A stretch of 64,000 nucleotides of DNA from Setoptus koraiensis (Eukaryota > Animalia > Arthropoda), in assembly GCA_048013815.1 (NCBI GenBank), contig CM106585.1, forward strand, positions 11,966,001 to 12,030,000, given 5' to 3'. A model generated the notes under the pieces. That model had not been told where the DNA came from. It made no database searches and saw only the letters and a program-made list of their open reading frames with translations. Numbering within the stretch: the stretch's first letter is position 1; each line of letters starts with the position of its first letter. Below are positions 12,001-22,491 of this stretch, one piece after another. Position numbers and translations under genes: made by a program.

Positions 12001-13063
12001 TTGTTTGGCCTCTGTACACGTTGAGCGACAACGAGTCGGCAACAATGCCAGAATCTGAAAATAGCTTTGTCACATCGTTTATGTGAATACCCAATGGTTT
12101 GTTTCGTGGCGCCTCCTCGAAATATCTTGTATTGTAGCCAACAAAAGGGTCTGGCACTTTGTCACTCGATTCTTCATCGTGCTGCCATAAACGGGCAGCT
12201 TTTTTCTCGCCTTGCGAACTATATTCTCGCCCTGAACATACGGGATCGTAATACCAGGAAAAGTAGTACATGACCACTGACCAAAAGATCATCAATAGCA
12301 AAGAGACATACAGTGGCGGATTAATGTATTGTGAGCAAGTAGGTTCCCTAATTATGTTGCTTTTTCCTCGACACAATTCGGCACTTTCAACCATCTGACC
12401 CATAGCCATGTATGGTGATGCGTGGGATAAAATTATTGCAATTATTCTGCGATTTCCACCGAGTTGCGCGCATACGGAAGCCAAACATACATCAGCAAGC
12501 AGGGCTAAAGGCCATATGAAAAAAGTCAGTATAACCAGAAAACCCCTTTTACACAGACTGGACTGGGCGAATACTATGCTAGCATTCTGTATTGGATATA
12601 ATATGAAGAGCAATGGATATATTGCAAATGGTATTGGTGCATCTTGATCTTTTACAGATATTAGCGAATACCCTATCATCAGACTATATGGCAGTGTTAT
12701 TGTAAGTATTGATAATGACACACCCAAATAGTATGAAGATTTTTTGAGGCCCATCGCGTGCATGAGTGAGCGAAATCCGGTTGCTTTTTCTCTCTGTAGC
12801 CAGCAAAGACCCATCAAGTTAAGCGTTATAAAAGAAAAAATCATAATCCTATTGGCCATATCCCATCTTTCCGGTGCTTTGCTTGGTGTAAAGAACCAGG
12901 CCGCCACAACTTGCAACGCGAAGAATATTTCCACAATTGTTCTTATATAGTCTCTCTTCTTCACTAAGAAAAAATGCTTGTATACAATCCAAATTTGTTT
13001 ATTTCTCGTCGGCCCAATGACCTCAGAGGATTGTTTTTGTTCTTTGAGCTGGGTAAAATTCAT
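9083..13063 (-). CDS. ABC transporter, subfamily A (full transporter, TMD-NBD-TMD-NBD)
   Basis: 1326 aa intronless ORF. NBD1 has GQNGTGKT, LAGGLKRKL, ILDEPSSG, LSTQHMEEAD. NBD2 has GPNGAGKST, LSGGTKRKL, MLDEPTAG, ISSHTMEECE. ABCA-type REK...MHAMGL motif follows TM2. Confidence 0.95.
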   Translation of the reverse strand: MNFTQLKEQKQSSEVIGPTRNKQIWIVYKHFFLVKKRDYIRTIVEIFFALQVVAAWFFTPSKAPERWDMANRIMIFSFITLNLMGLCWLQREKATGFRSLMHAMGLKKSSYYLGVSLSILTITLPYSLMIGYSLISVKDQDAPIPFAIYPLLFILYPIQNASIVFAQSSLCKRGFLVILTFFIWPLALLADVCLASVCAQLGGNRRIIAIILSHASPYMAMGQMVESAELCRGKSNIIREPTCSQYINPPLYVSLLLMIFWSVVMYYFSWYYDPVCSGREYSSQGEKKAARLWQHDEESSDKVPDPFVGYNTRYFEEAPRNKPLGIHINDVTKLFSDSGIVADSLSLNVYRGQTTLLLGQNGTGKTTLMNMIVGNLAPNYGKIYINGYDMDTCSEEARLGVGWCPQQSILWDCLTVQDHLELFASIKCNYSGPDKQKHIDLVLRSVGLLHDRDKRCKTLAGGLKRKLSLAMALVGDSDVLILDEPSSGVDPESRKSLWDCIRACRSSRTVLLSTQHMEEADYLADRIAIVSSGKVVCCGSPAFLKKSLGSAYRLRIECLRDSHELAMSKVYNHFPDARIEDANIQWGSNQDSKHRHTSVELRADDDNYDDRLIQLLEDLEQNHASLGVESFGLECTTIEDVLLNSAKTFGSVRSSESIAAEMQTLTQTNNNKPTFTRMLMALSNGHSIKMYAYPKTTLLLRFVLPVAAMHWTFVQIRPNQNDSSPPGWFTFSLVTILMMISFFGFPLYDRKSKFKSMLLCSKATYLHYWLSRLFVDLKCVVICTCIVVFCCVLGFKVTAEDSFGRQFEFFGFLFLLMIVVCAALLLLAYIMSACFTGIGKTVFAYVFLLHLHRVLMILMFFFRAEDHAFSSNHQYGLYYIIPTATAEWTVVHGFTRNSSEKNVSQLYDLDPSVWLGLIVILLQSLAFTMILVTVEKKRVNVLSFLSPCSRSTRKGPSGLRNRDGEVDKETLRVNNIMDNNSERANNALVAQGLTKSYTSKGRAVDGVTFAVGKSECFGLLGPNGAGKSTLLSMLTGDIRADYGRISCNNLSPENGIEAYCESLGFDPQSNPSLGLSPFQALQFMARLRGIDELAIEPTVEAFLVLLDIQKDRDKSVANLSGGTKRKLFFAMAVIGNPAVLMLDEPTAGIDPVVRRNIWQLLDMLKSKNGSSVIISSHTMEECESICDRLTIIIEGRMRCVGSLQSLRSKFGQGYIVRIQFDSTITPNHRDQIETIRGSLAHSLQTSVSTDDIGTSSVVFKVADAKIARSLIFKSLKALKSTHSNISYQVGDTTLQDIVVAITREHKDPIERLRDYLNRSGIHLQIV

Positions 13064-14454
13064 TGTAAATATTATTTGTTGATTCGTGTGTTGTAATTGC
13101 TATTGATGATTGTCGTTGACTAGAAAGCATCCACTTCGAAATAGAGCGAACGAGCGACTGACTTGCTTTTCGTTTATTTTCAATAAATAAATTTCAATAA
13201 ATCGTTGATGTGCCTCAATGTCAAGCACAAGTCATGCAATAATGCTTGATCGGTGCTTGACGGGAGACCACTTGTTGATGCAATTAGCTACATGTCTTGG
13301 CATTGGTTTCGCATTATCGCGATCCATCGCACCTTGCGCTTCATACGATCACTTTTTAATTTTGATAGAGCTTTTTATAATCACTCGTTATCAGCATCAT
13401 ACCGATAATGATCCACGCGAAAATCACATAGCATTCGAACCCCTGTCAATTGATAACGGAATCTGGGCGAACATTAAACAATTCCAAAGACACCGAAAAA
13501 GAGTTACGAGTTTGTGAGCAGCAGACAAATAGCTAGGTCAGTCACAATAGCAAAGACGATTGTGCTTCGCGAGGAGACCTACCTAGGCGCTGAACTCTGA
13601 CCTTACGAAAGCCAGAAACAGTCCGCCTCACTTTTTCACATCTAGATAGTCTAGTTCGCGATAAGATAGCGCTCAATCAAACCTAACCTTCCCACGCCAC
13701 GTCGCGTCGTTTTATTCCGAATGATGTGCACAATCCACAGAGAGTCTAATCTGAGTGTGTGCATGTCATTTTTTCAAATTTTCAAAGAGAGTTTTTGATT
13801 ATCGATTCGTTCTTCGCTAACATTTTTATCATATTGTCCTAGCAGTTGAATGATGGCTGATCCCGACGATTCGGAACATTCGAACGGCAGGCAAAGGTGA
13901 ACGAATAAATATCGTCGATGCACCGACTTGACCGAGGGAGAAAGATGAAGTCAACCAATACCAAAATTGTTTTTTATCACTTCCGGTGCGTGCTGGCAAC
14001 CAGTCGAGCCGGATAATAATTTATTGCATTGAGCGAGTCGGCCCACATTCGCTGAAAATACAATCTCACAAACTACTAGTTACTGTGTTTTTGTGCATTT
14101 ATTTGTGCCTCATACTTTTACGTTTGTAACATTGAGGGTCATAATCGTTGAGGTCCTAATTACTGATACTAATTATTGTGTGTCTGATTTATACATGTTT
14201 GCGCGCGTGCATGTTGACGTGAATTTGCATTTCTTCGAGCGCTTCGTTTTGCGTATACTTAAATTTATAAGCGTATAAATTGTGATGGTAGATTAATTTG
14301 TTTGAGTCGTGTTCGTGTTGTATTGTACATTGTGTGTCTTTTACAAATTAAGTGATATTTTATTGAAGTGAGGTGTGTGTCATAAGTGCGCTTGTTCGAA
14401 TGTTTGCTTTGTAAATTATTATCATTATTATTATCATTATTATATCACATATTG

Positions 14455-16802
14455 TTACGATGCAACTTTTTCAACCAAATAATTGATGCTCTTGAGAAAA
14501 GCATTCTCCAGGCCAGATCCGTACAGGCCAAAATAGTAGACCATCATGAGAAGCACCATTGTGGTGATGTTGTTGATGACCTTCAGTCTACGGATTACAT
14601 TGGATTACGTGGGATTAAATAGGAAAAGGGTGTGTCAGCGGTTTACATTGATATTGGAATGGTTTTCGAGCGGTGGATATCGCTTCAAACCGGAAGTAGC
14701 TTACCTGGTCCGGCTGACGATGGCCTGCGGAACGGCGTACGGGTCGTCCCTCATGACGTGTATTCTGGACATTGGCCACATTGGACATTGGTGAGAGATT
14801 GGTGAGAGATTGGTGAGAGGTGAGCGGAAATGAAAAAAATTTTAAATGTTGTCAGTTGGTTGTCAGTTGGTTGTCAGTTGGTTGTGAGCTGGTTGTGAGC
14901 TGGTTGTGAGCTGGTTGTGAGCGAGTGTCAGAGAAGTAGTCGAGTTGGCGGTTACTCACTTGGCGCCCACGTAGTAGTTTGTCAGGTAGCTCTTCCAGTC
15001 TAGCTGGCGAATGTCAAAGTTGAACAGATCCTTGTCGACGGGCTCCAGTTTGTCGTACAGTCTCATCACGTTGCTTGAGTCGAATTTCCATTGATTTATT
15101 GTGAACGGGGTCAGCGTGGTCACCATGCGATCCATCTTGTGATAAATGGGCACCATTTTGGGCTTCTTGCCCGACAGTGTCAAAAAGGTGTCCATTATGT
15201 GCGCTATGCACTTGTGATTCAACAGGTCAAACACGTAATAGACGTAATAGTTTGATATCAAATGTGAGCCGGGAAAACGGGCCAAATTGGTGCACGGATA
15301 TTTGGCGGCCGCCGTGAGCGTGTGATAGGCAAACTGTCTCCAGGTGACAGGATTTTCGCTTCCGCTTACGCAATTGAATATCTCTATGCGGCTGTTCTCG
15401 ATATCGTCGCACTTTGTCGCGGATGTTGCGGCGCCACTTTTGCCATAATTATCTAATTTGCCGCGGGTCCCGTTGCAGCTCGTGTCCGATGTGGTGCCGC
15501 CGTTGTGCTGCATTTGGTGGTTGCTATCATGTTGGTGGTTGCGTTTATCTTGAGAGGAAGTGACCAGATACCATGCTGTACAAATGAGTAAATTTGACAC
15601 AATGTCCACGGGCACAATGTCGGCACAATAGGCCGGATTGCCCCGCATGGCCTGTATCAAACCGGTCACTATGCTCAACAGAACCCCAGTGGGCCCGTTG
15701 TAATTGTCTACCCAGCCGGTGATTGGTTCGCGCCAGGCGCCCGCCACTATTGAGGGCCGCACAACGGCCACAGGTAAATTGGGCAATTGTTTGTTTATTT
15801 GTGACACTAGCAACGATTCGGCCACGGCCTTGGTGTAGGTGTAAGTGTTTGGTCGGCTTGCAATTAGTGCGGGCGATATTTGTTCCAGTGTGTCCGCTTC
15901 CATCCAATCGGCCATGTCAATCAGTTTATTTGGCTCAATTGGGCACTTGTAAAATACCTCTTTCACTTCGCGCCTGTCACAGTTGCTGTACGCCGTGGAC
16001 ACGTGAATGAGGCCCTCTAATTTGTCTAATTTCACTGCCAGATCCAACAGATTTCTCACACTTATAACATTGTGATTAATGGCCTGTTTCATGGGCTCCT
16101 GAAATTTCACCGTGGCCGCCGAATGAAATATAATGGAAACGTCGCGCGCCATGCCCGCCAGATCGTCGCCCGACACGCCCAGCTGCGGCTGGGTAATGTC
16201 GCCCCGGACGGGCACGATTTTGTCGAGGCGCGCCGGGCCGCCCTCCATGCTCTTTAGCCTGGTGAATATCTGTTTTTTTTTTTGGCAAAAATGATAGCAA
16301 TAATACAAATATTGTTAGTAAGCAGATAGCGAAGAATTGTGCCTAATGCTATCGTTGGGCACGATATTGAGACATTGGGGCCCCAGTGCTCACCTCTGAC
16401 TGCGTGAGCTCTCTGACGCGCTCGGTGATGTCTTTGCCGCGCTTGGGCCGCATCAAAATGTAGATTTTGTTTATTTGGGGGCACGATCTGAGCAGTTTCT
16501 CCAGCAGGGTCTGTGGTTGTTGTCAGTTGGAGTCGATGATAGTCAAAATGGTTAGTCAATGGGTCACTAATGAGATCGTCTAGCTGATCGATGCATCCGA
16601 TCGGCGATCGTCGATCGTCGATACTTACCTTGCCGATGAAACCCGAGGCGCCCGTTATGAAGACGCTTCGCTGCTGATAGAACTGGGCCACTTTGGACTG
16701 GTCGTGCTGATCGGTGACATTCGTCTTGAAACATTGCAACATTTCATTGACAATGTCGCTGTTGTTCAACGCGCCCCTATCCATGTTTTGTTTATTGTGC
16801 AA
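14455..16802 (-). CDS. Fatty acyl-CoA reductase (FAR); complement(join(14455..14587,14705..14764,14960..16269,16394..16510,16629..16802))
   Basis: TGASGFIGK NAD-binding motif, FHSAATVKF, YTYTK catalytic motif, VRPSIV, DIVPVD and a C-terminal TM helix. All four introns are GT-AG and join in frame. The start codon (16802 or a downstream Met) is uncertain. Confidence 0.93.
14781..14925. repeat. Short 11-bp tandem repeats inside FAR intron 3
   Basis: (GGTGAGAGATT)x3, (GTCAGTTGGTT)x3 and (GTGAGCTGGTT)x3-4 in series. Confidence 0.85.
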
Positions 16803-18861
16803 GCGGCGATTGAGCTGTTGTTTGCGTTGCTACGATGTCTTGTTTATTTCGACGTGTTTATTTCGAGGTGTTTATTTCGAAAAATTGGGCCGCAATCAAT
16901 TGTGTCTGTCGATGCGACGATACAATGTGTCCACAAGCAATTATATAAACTATTATGTAACTATATATACTATCGTATTATTATATATTGAGCGCGCACA
17001 CTGACCAACTCTGACACTATCTTGCGCCAATTATGCCGACTGTGCTAATTATGCCAATAATGCTAATTAGGCCAACTATGCTAATCAGACTAAAGTTATC
17101 TGAAGAATCTAATCAATCAGTGGTTGTTGTTGTCCAGTTTGGTTTGGTTAGTGTGTCGTGTGTTGCTTGCAGGTGCGGCGACCAGCAACAATTGTGAGGA
17201 AAAAGTGCACTCACCGAAGGCACCTCTACGCCGGCTGAACAGGTAGGCCCAAGCGAGTGGCACCTAGGCGATTGTTGTTGGCGAACTGTGTTTGTGACAA
17301 CGACTACAAGTAGGAATTGGATGAGTCACTCGTACAAACACTGACACTTGTTGGCGCAAATTAGTGCGTAATTGCTCGTTCAAGTGGTCGACCACTCGAC
17401 AAGATGATGCACTAGTTAATTATTGGCACTTTTGCGCTGCGTGACTTATGGTCGCTGCTGTTGCTGCTGCTCTTGTTGTAGTTGTTGTTGTTGTAGTTGT
17501 TGTGGTTGTTGTCGCTGTTGTTGCGAGGTGCTAAAAGTGCTCAAGAGTCGCTAAACTGAGTGCGCCATTGTCGTTGTAACCAACTGACGCTCAAACGACT
17601 GACGCTACTAGCCAAATCAACAAATCAATAACTCACGCCAGTAACGAACGGCCGCTAACATCAACAACCAATGTCAAGTACGTAACAGCCTCTCAAGAAC
17701 TGTGCGCTCTATGGGTCCGAAAGGTGCTTGCGTCAGCGGTGCTGTCGCTGCTCGATTGCGCAACAATGAGAACAGGTGATGTGATATATTTGTTATTACG
17801 AAACAAGGTGTGAAAATCTGAATATTCACTGTAGTGTGTTCACTGGAGAACGTGATCGCCGACTGCTGCTGGCTCGTCTGCGGCAATGATGCGGCAATTA
17901 TGCGGCGATGATGCAGCCGACAGGTAATAGCGATTGTTGCGGTGGTGCTTGTGGTGTTGCAATAATGATAATATTCACAGGGCACAGTTTTTAGTTGAGT
18001 GTGTCGACACTAGACAATAAGTAACGCGATTACGATAGAAATATTTTTGTTTTCGTTTCACTTGTGACGGCTTCTCGCTGCTGGCTCGTTTTATATGCAG
18101 ATCACATCAGCCGCAAAATATAATCACCGTTCACGCGCTGCCAACTTTTGCGCCAACTTTTGCGCTGTCTCGGCGGCTCTCACTAGGCTCTCACTCGGCT
18201 CTCAAACTAACAAAACTTGTAAATCGATCGGAAGCAGCCTGCGCCATTGTCGATAACCCCGGCACTTGTCACCATTGCACTAGGCACTTGACGTTTTCTG
18301 GTGGAAACTTTCTGACAAAAATTATTTAAGGCCTTTTAAGGAACTGCGGCTCTTTATATGTGTCTCTATGCGTCTCTGGCGAATATTTCCTGCTGCTTGT
18401 CGGTGATGCTGTCAATGTGAGCTGACAATGTTGTGAGCTGACAATGTTGCGAGCTCGGCTTCTTTTCGTGAAAACAAAGACATGTTGTTGTTTGCATCAC
18501 ATGCAAGCGATTATCGACTCGACACAGCGGCGCGTATCGTCGTCACGAGCGCCGTCTAGCCAGATCGCTAGATTCGGGTTGCGACGAGCCAGCAACAACA
18601 ACAGCAACAGCAACAACAACGGCAACAACAACCACAGTTGGCCATTTCGCCATTTTGTCAAGCCCGCCGCCGTATCACAGCGCTACTGTCACAGTAGACA
18701 CTCGATATAGCAACATTCTGGCAACTGACTTGCCAGCACCGCCGACCACACAACACAGCCAACCAACAGCAGCGAGGTGGAGCCAGCGCCAGCGCCATGA
18801 CGTAAGCCGCTCGCAACAAGTGTCTTGCCAGTAGACGAGCCAGCTTGTTGGCGTTGGCGAA

Positions 18862-18876
18862 CGCGCGCGCGCGCGC
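18862..18876. repeat. (CG)7C alternating tract
   Basis: cgcgcgcgcgcgcgc read directly. Confidence 0.9.
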
Positions 18877-20381
18877 TTAAATCGATCCATCGACAATCGC
18901 AACCCATTTATCCATATCCATTTATACATATATTTATATTTATATATTTATATATTTGCCTGCTCGCCGTAGTCAAACTCGCGCGCTTATCGCCGCTCTC
19001 GTCGAGCCTGGCAAGCTAGCTACTTCCAGTGGCGCTGCGAGTATTTCAGTCTGTCAGACAGGAGGATGTGTCCAAATTTAATCAGCGTGTCAGCTGCTCG
19101 ACGGGCTGGCTGGCTCGTGCGCTGCTTGTCGGGCTATTTCGGGAAACTCGTACCGCTGGCATCGCTAATTAACGCGAGAATCAAACAGCCCAAAGATAAA
19201 TTACAAGTTGACCTTCGAAACGAGCAAACGAGCCGTTCGTTTGAGCAACGTTAAGTGCTCTGCTCGCGTGAGCCAAATAAACGCTAAATTGGGTTCGCTC
19301 GCGACAGGTTAATTAATACAAACACGGCACAGATTTGCCAACCAGAATCGCATACTTTGTCAGACTTTTAACGTTGTCAGACAGCGCGATATCGGGAGCA
19401 CGGGAGTCGTCAGCGGCAGGAAAAGCTAAAGCTAGATTTCCTATTTGTTGCCTTAGTTGCCGTTGCGCCTCCGTTAGCCACCCCGATCACGTACAACCTG
19501 CATCACGGCGCTACCTGTTTTCTGGTAACTCGAACCGGTGGCGGCATGTGACTCACTCGTTGTTGTCGTTGTTGTTGTCGACAAACAACAACAGCAACGA
19601 CAACAACGACAACAACAACCAGCCACCATTAATGTCACCAGCAACCAACCACAATGAGCGTGTCATCGGCATGCATCAAACTGGCGCGAGAATCGTAGTT
19701 TTAATTGCTATCGTTTCAACAATCGCATAAATGTAACTCGAGCCACTTGTTGTTGCTTGTTCATCGTTCGCAGTTGCGGGGCTCACCGTAGCCGACGTCT
19801 TCTCGTTCCGCCAAGCTACGGCTAGTTCAACAAACTATAAATTCGTTATCAAGACGCACGAGCCAGCAATCATACCGGTGATAAGCGGCTTGTGCGTTCA
19901 GATAATGATGATAATAATTTATTTTTATAAGCTATAGCGCCCTAGGCTCAGAGAATCGTCGCGCGCCAACAGCAACTTGCTCGCAGTCTAGTTATCTAGA
20001 TCTTATTTAGCGAGTGACTTGATACAAGCGAGAACACTTTGTTTGTATAACCCTTGTTTGCGTTTCTATCTACCTACGGTATTGATTGATACTAACACTG
20101 ACACTGCCACTGTTATGCCAATACCGTTATACAGAAATAAATTAAATTTCCAGTGTGTCTTCTCTCTGTCAATAGTAGTCAGCTGTTGTTATTGTTATTG
20201 ATCTGGCTGTAACTTGGACTGGCCTTGAAAACGATCGTGAACCTCTCAAGATGTTGCGTACATTTTACATTTCTGATGACGTCGCAAACGTCACCACCAC
20301 CACAACCACCATATAAACGTAGGAATTCTTTCAAAATCGAGCGTCGACAATGATTCAATCATAATTATCTCTACTCCAAGC

Positions 20382-20437
20382 TTGATTCGTTGTTGATGCT
20401 GCTCAAGCACCCATAAGCAGCATCAACAACGAATCAA
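20382..20437. other. Perfect 22-bp inverted repeat with 12-nt loop (hairpin)
   Basis: TTGATTCGTTGTTGATGCTGCT (20382-20403) is the exact reverse complement of AGCAGCATCAACAACGAATCAA (20416-20437). Confidence 0.9.
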
Positions 20438-20699
20438 TCAACACCAGCGACAGTATTTGTCAAGCCAAAATAATGTCGTCAAACTGACACACTTCTGTGT
20501 CACCAAACGATCATTATTTCACTGCACTGATAGATGGTGCATTTTGATGCCATCAATCGAGTAGCGGCAGTAAACCAGCTCGTAAAATTATCACCACGTA
20601 TCAAGATTGATGGCTGCTTCAGTGAAAGTTGTTGTTTGTCGTTCTGGTTCGAGTGTTATTTATCGGCACGAATAGTCATTAAAATCTGATGATGATTGC

Positions 20700-20778
20700 A
20701 ACGACCAAACGAACAACCGAACAAACAAACAACCGAACAAACAAACAACCAAAAAAACAACCAAACAAACAAACAAAC
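20700..20778. repeat. Degenerate (AAAC)n-type microsatellite
   Basis: Runs of caaa/aaac/ccgaac repeats. Confidence 0.75.
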
Positions 20779-22491
20779 GAGATTCCATCTAACGGTTCGA
20801 GCCCCGACAACTCAATCGTCTGGGCATCGAGCCAGTATGGCTGTGTAGATTGGTTGGTCATCACTTTCGCTTAGATCGAGCCACCATCTTATTGGGACAC
20901 TGAAATTCTGGTGTGCCCAACTTGTGTTTGTCGTTGTCGTTGCCATTTGTCGCCGTTTGTTGCCGTTTGTGGCCATAAATCTCAAATCGCAACTCGCTGT
21001 TGGCTCAAATTCGTACCCTGACTGACACTGTGTCAGACTGTGTATGCTCTCTGTCCAGATTGGTCTGGCGATATTACCTGTGTGTCAATGCCAATGCAAT
21101 TATATATTGTTGCTACATTGAAAATCTCCAATCTGACATTATGGCCGACTACTAGGGCTCGCGCATGACAAGTGACAGCGAAATGGATGCCGAAATGCGA
21201 GAAAAAATCCAACTCTCACCGATAATGGCTCTCACCTGAGAGCCCTCAAAAAGATCAACTTCCTTGATACTTCAAACAACAACAAAAGGAGCGTGCTCTC
21301 TGGTATTGTCAGCTTGGTACGTGTGTGACCTCCCCTGTCAGTTAGGTAACAACAAAAGATTAAAAACTGTCTGACTCTTGCTTTTTCTTCCAACAGACAC
21401 TGCATTACACAACACAACTAGCGTTTATACTATTACTTGTGTAATATCGACATAAATGTACACGTTGATACAATCTCAAGGTTTTCGCCACTTTTGATAC
21501 TCGACCATAATTATCGTTACTATCATTGTACCGTATTGTTATAACATTGTGCAAATTGATTCAATATATTCCATAAAAGAACGTTGCTAAATATAACAGC
21601 TCTCGATGATTTGTGAGATCCGTTCTTGACATGTCTTTGGCCGAAGTTCTAGTCACGTTACCAAAATGCGTTATTGTTGTTGCTGTTGTTGTTGTTGTTG
21701 TTGTATAATTGTAACGACAAAACTTGCGCTTACCGTTGTTATTACCCAACGAATCATGCTCTGATTATCAGAGAGAATAACCTGATCGCACACATTTATC
21801 AGATCAAGTTCAATTATGTATAGATGGCAAGCGCTACACAATTGCAAGTTAACTGAATGCTAACATTCAATATTCGCTTGGCTTTTGAACAGGTAGAATC
21901 AACCAGATTTAGCCTGACCTTGATGTGTTTCATTTGTCTGATTATGGTCCAATCTTGCGTATTTTCTAAATAACTGTCTATAGACACAAACACTCACACT
22001 GGCTATCAAGTATTCCATTGCACAGTTAGATGGATGGCCCCTCATACCGCCCGGACATGTCATGCTACATGCTGTTTGGATGGATATTATTACAGCACAA
22101 CTGTAGATGACATTCAACTCACAACCCAACAGGTGATCAACTATCAACTGACACACATAAACACAATTTGATGCTAATTAGCCACTGTCCAAATAGGATT
22201 TTAACCACATCCGGGCGTCAATTTCAATCCCGTCGTCTCGTTGCGTTCCAACAAATCCGGCCGACACTCCCACCTTTTATATTTCTGTCGCAACATGTGT
22301 TTCTGGCGACAACCAATTATTGGCAAACACTCCTACTATGCCGCTACAGACGCTAATTCTGGAGATACATTAGTTATTGTTCTTACTTATACATGCTGAT
22401 AATAAACATGTTTAGAGCAACAACAATTGTCTGTCATTGCCGTAAATCTATTGTAATAATTGCAAGCTGTCCATTGAGACTATCGGGTTAA

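Noticed and set aside
13680-13689. AACCTAACCT, two units of the arthropod telomeric repeat, as a possible telomerase RNA template
   Set aside because: A 10-mer in any permutation or strand is expected about once by chance in 64 kb, a similar string lies inside the DNase II CDS, and I saw no supporting structure.
20794-20805. GGTTCGAGCCCC resembling a tRNA T-loop/B-box
   Set aside because: No T-stem pairing, no A-box or cloverleaf; the upstream sequence is an AAAC microsatellite.
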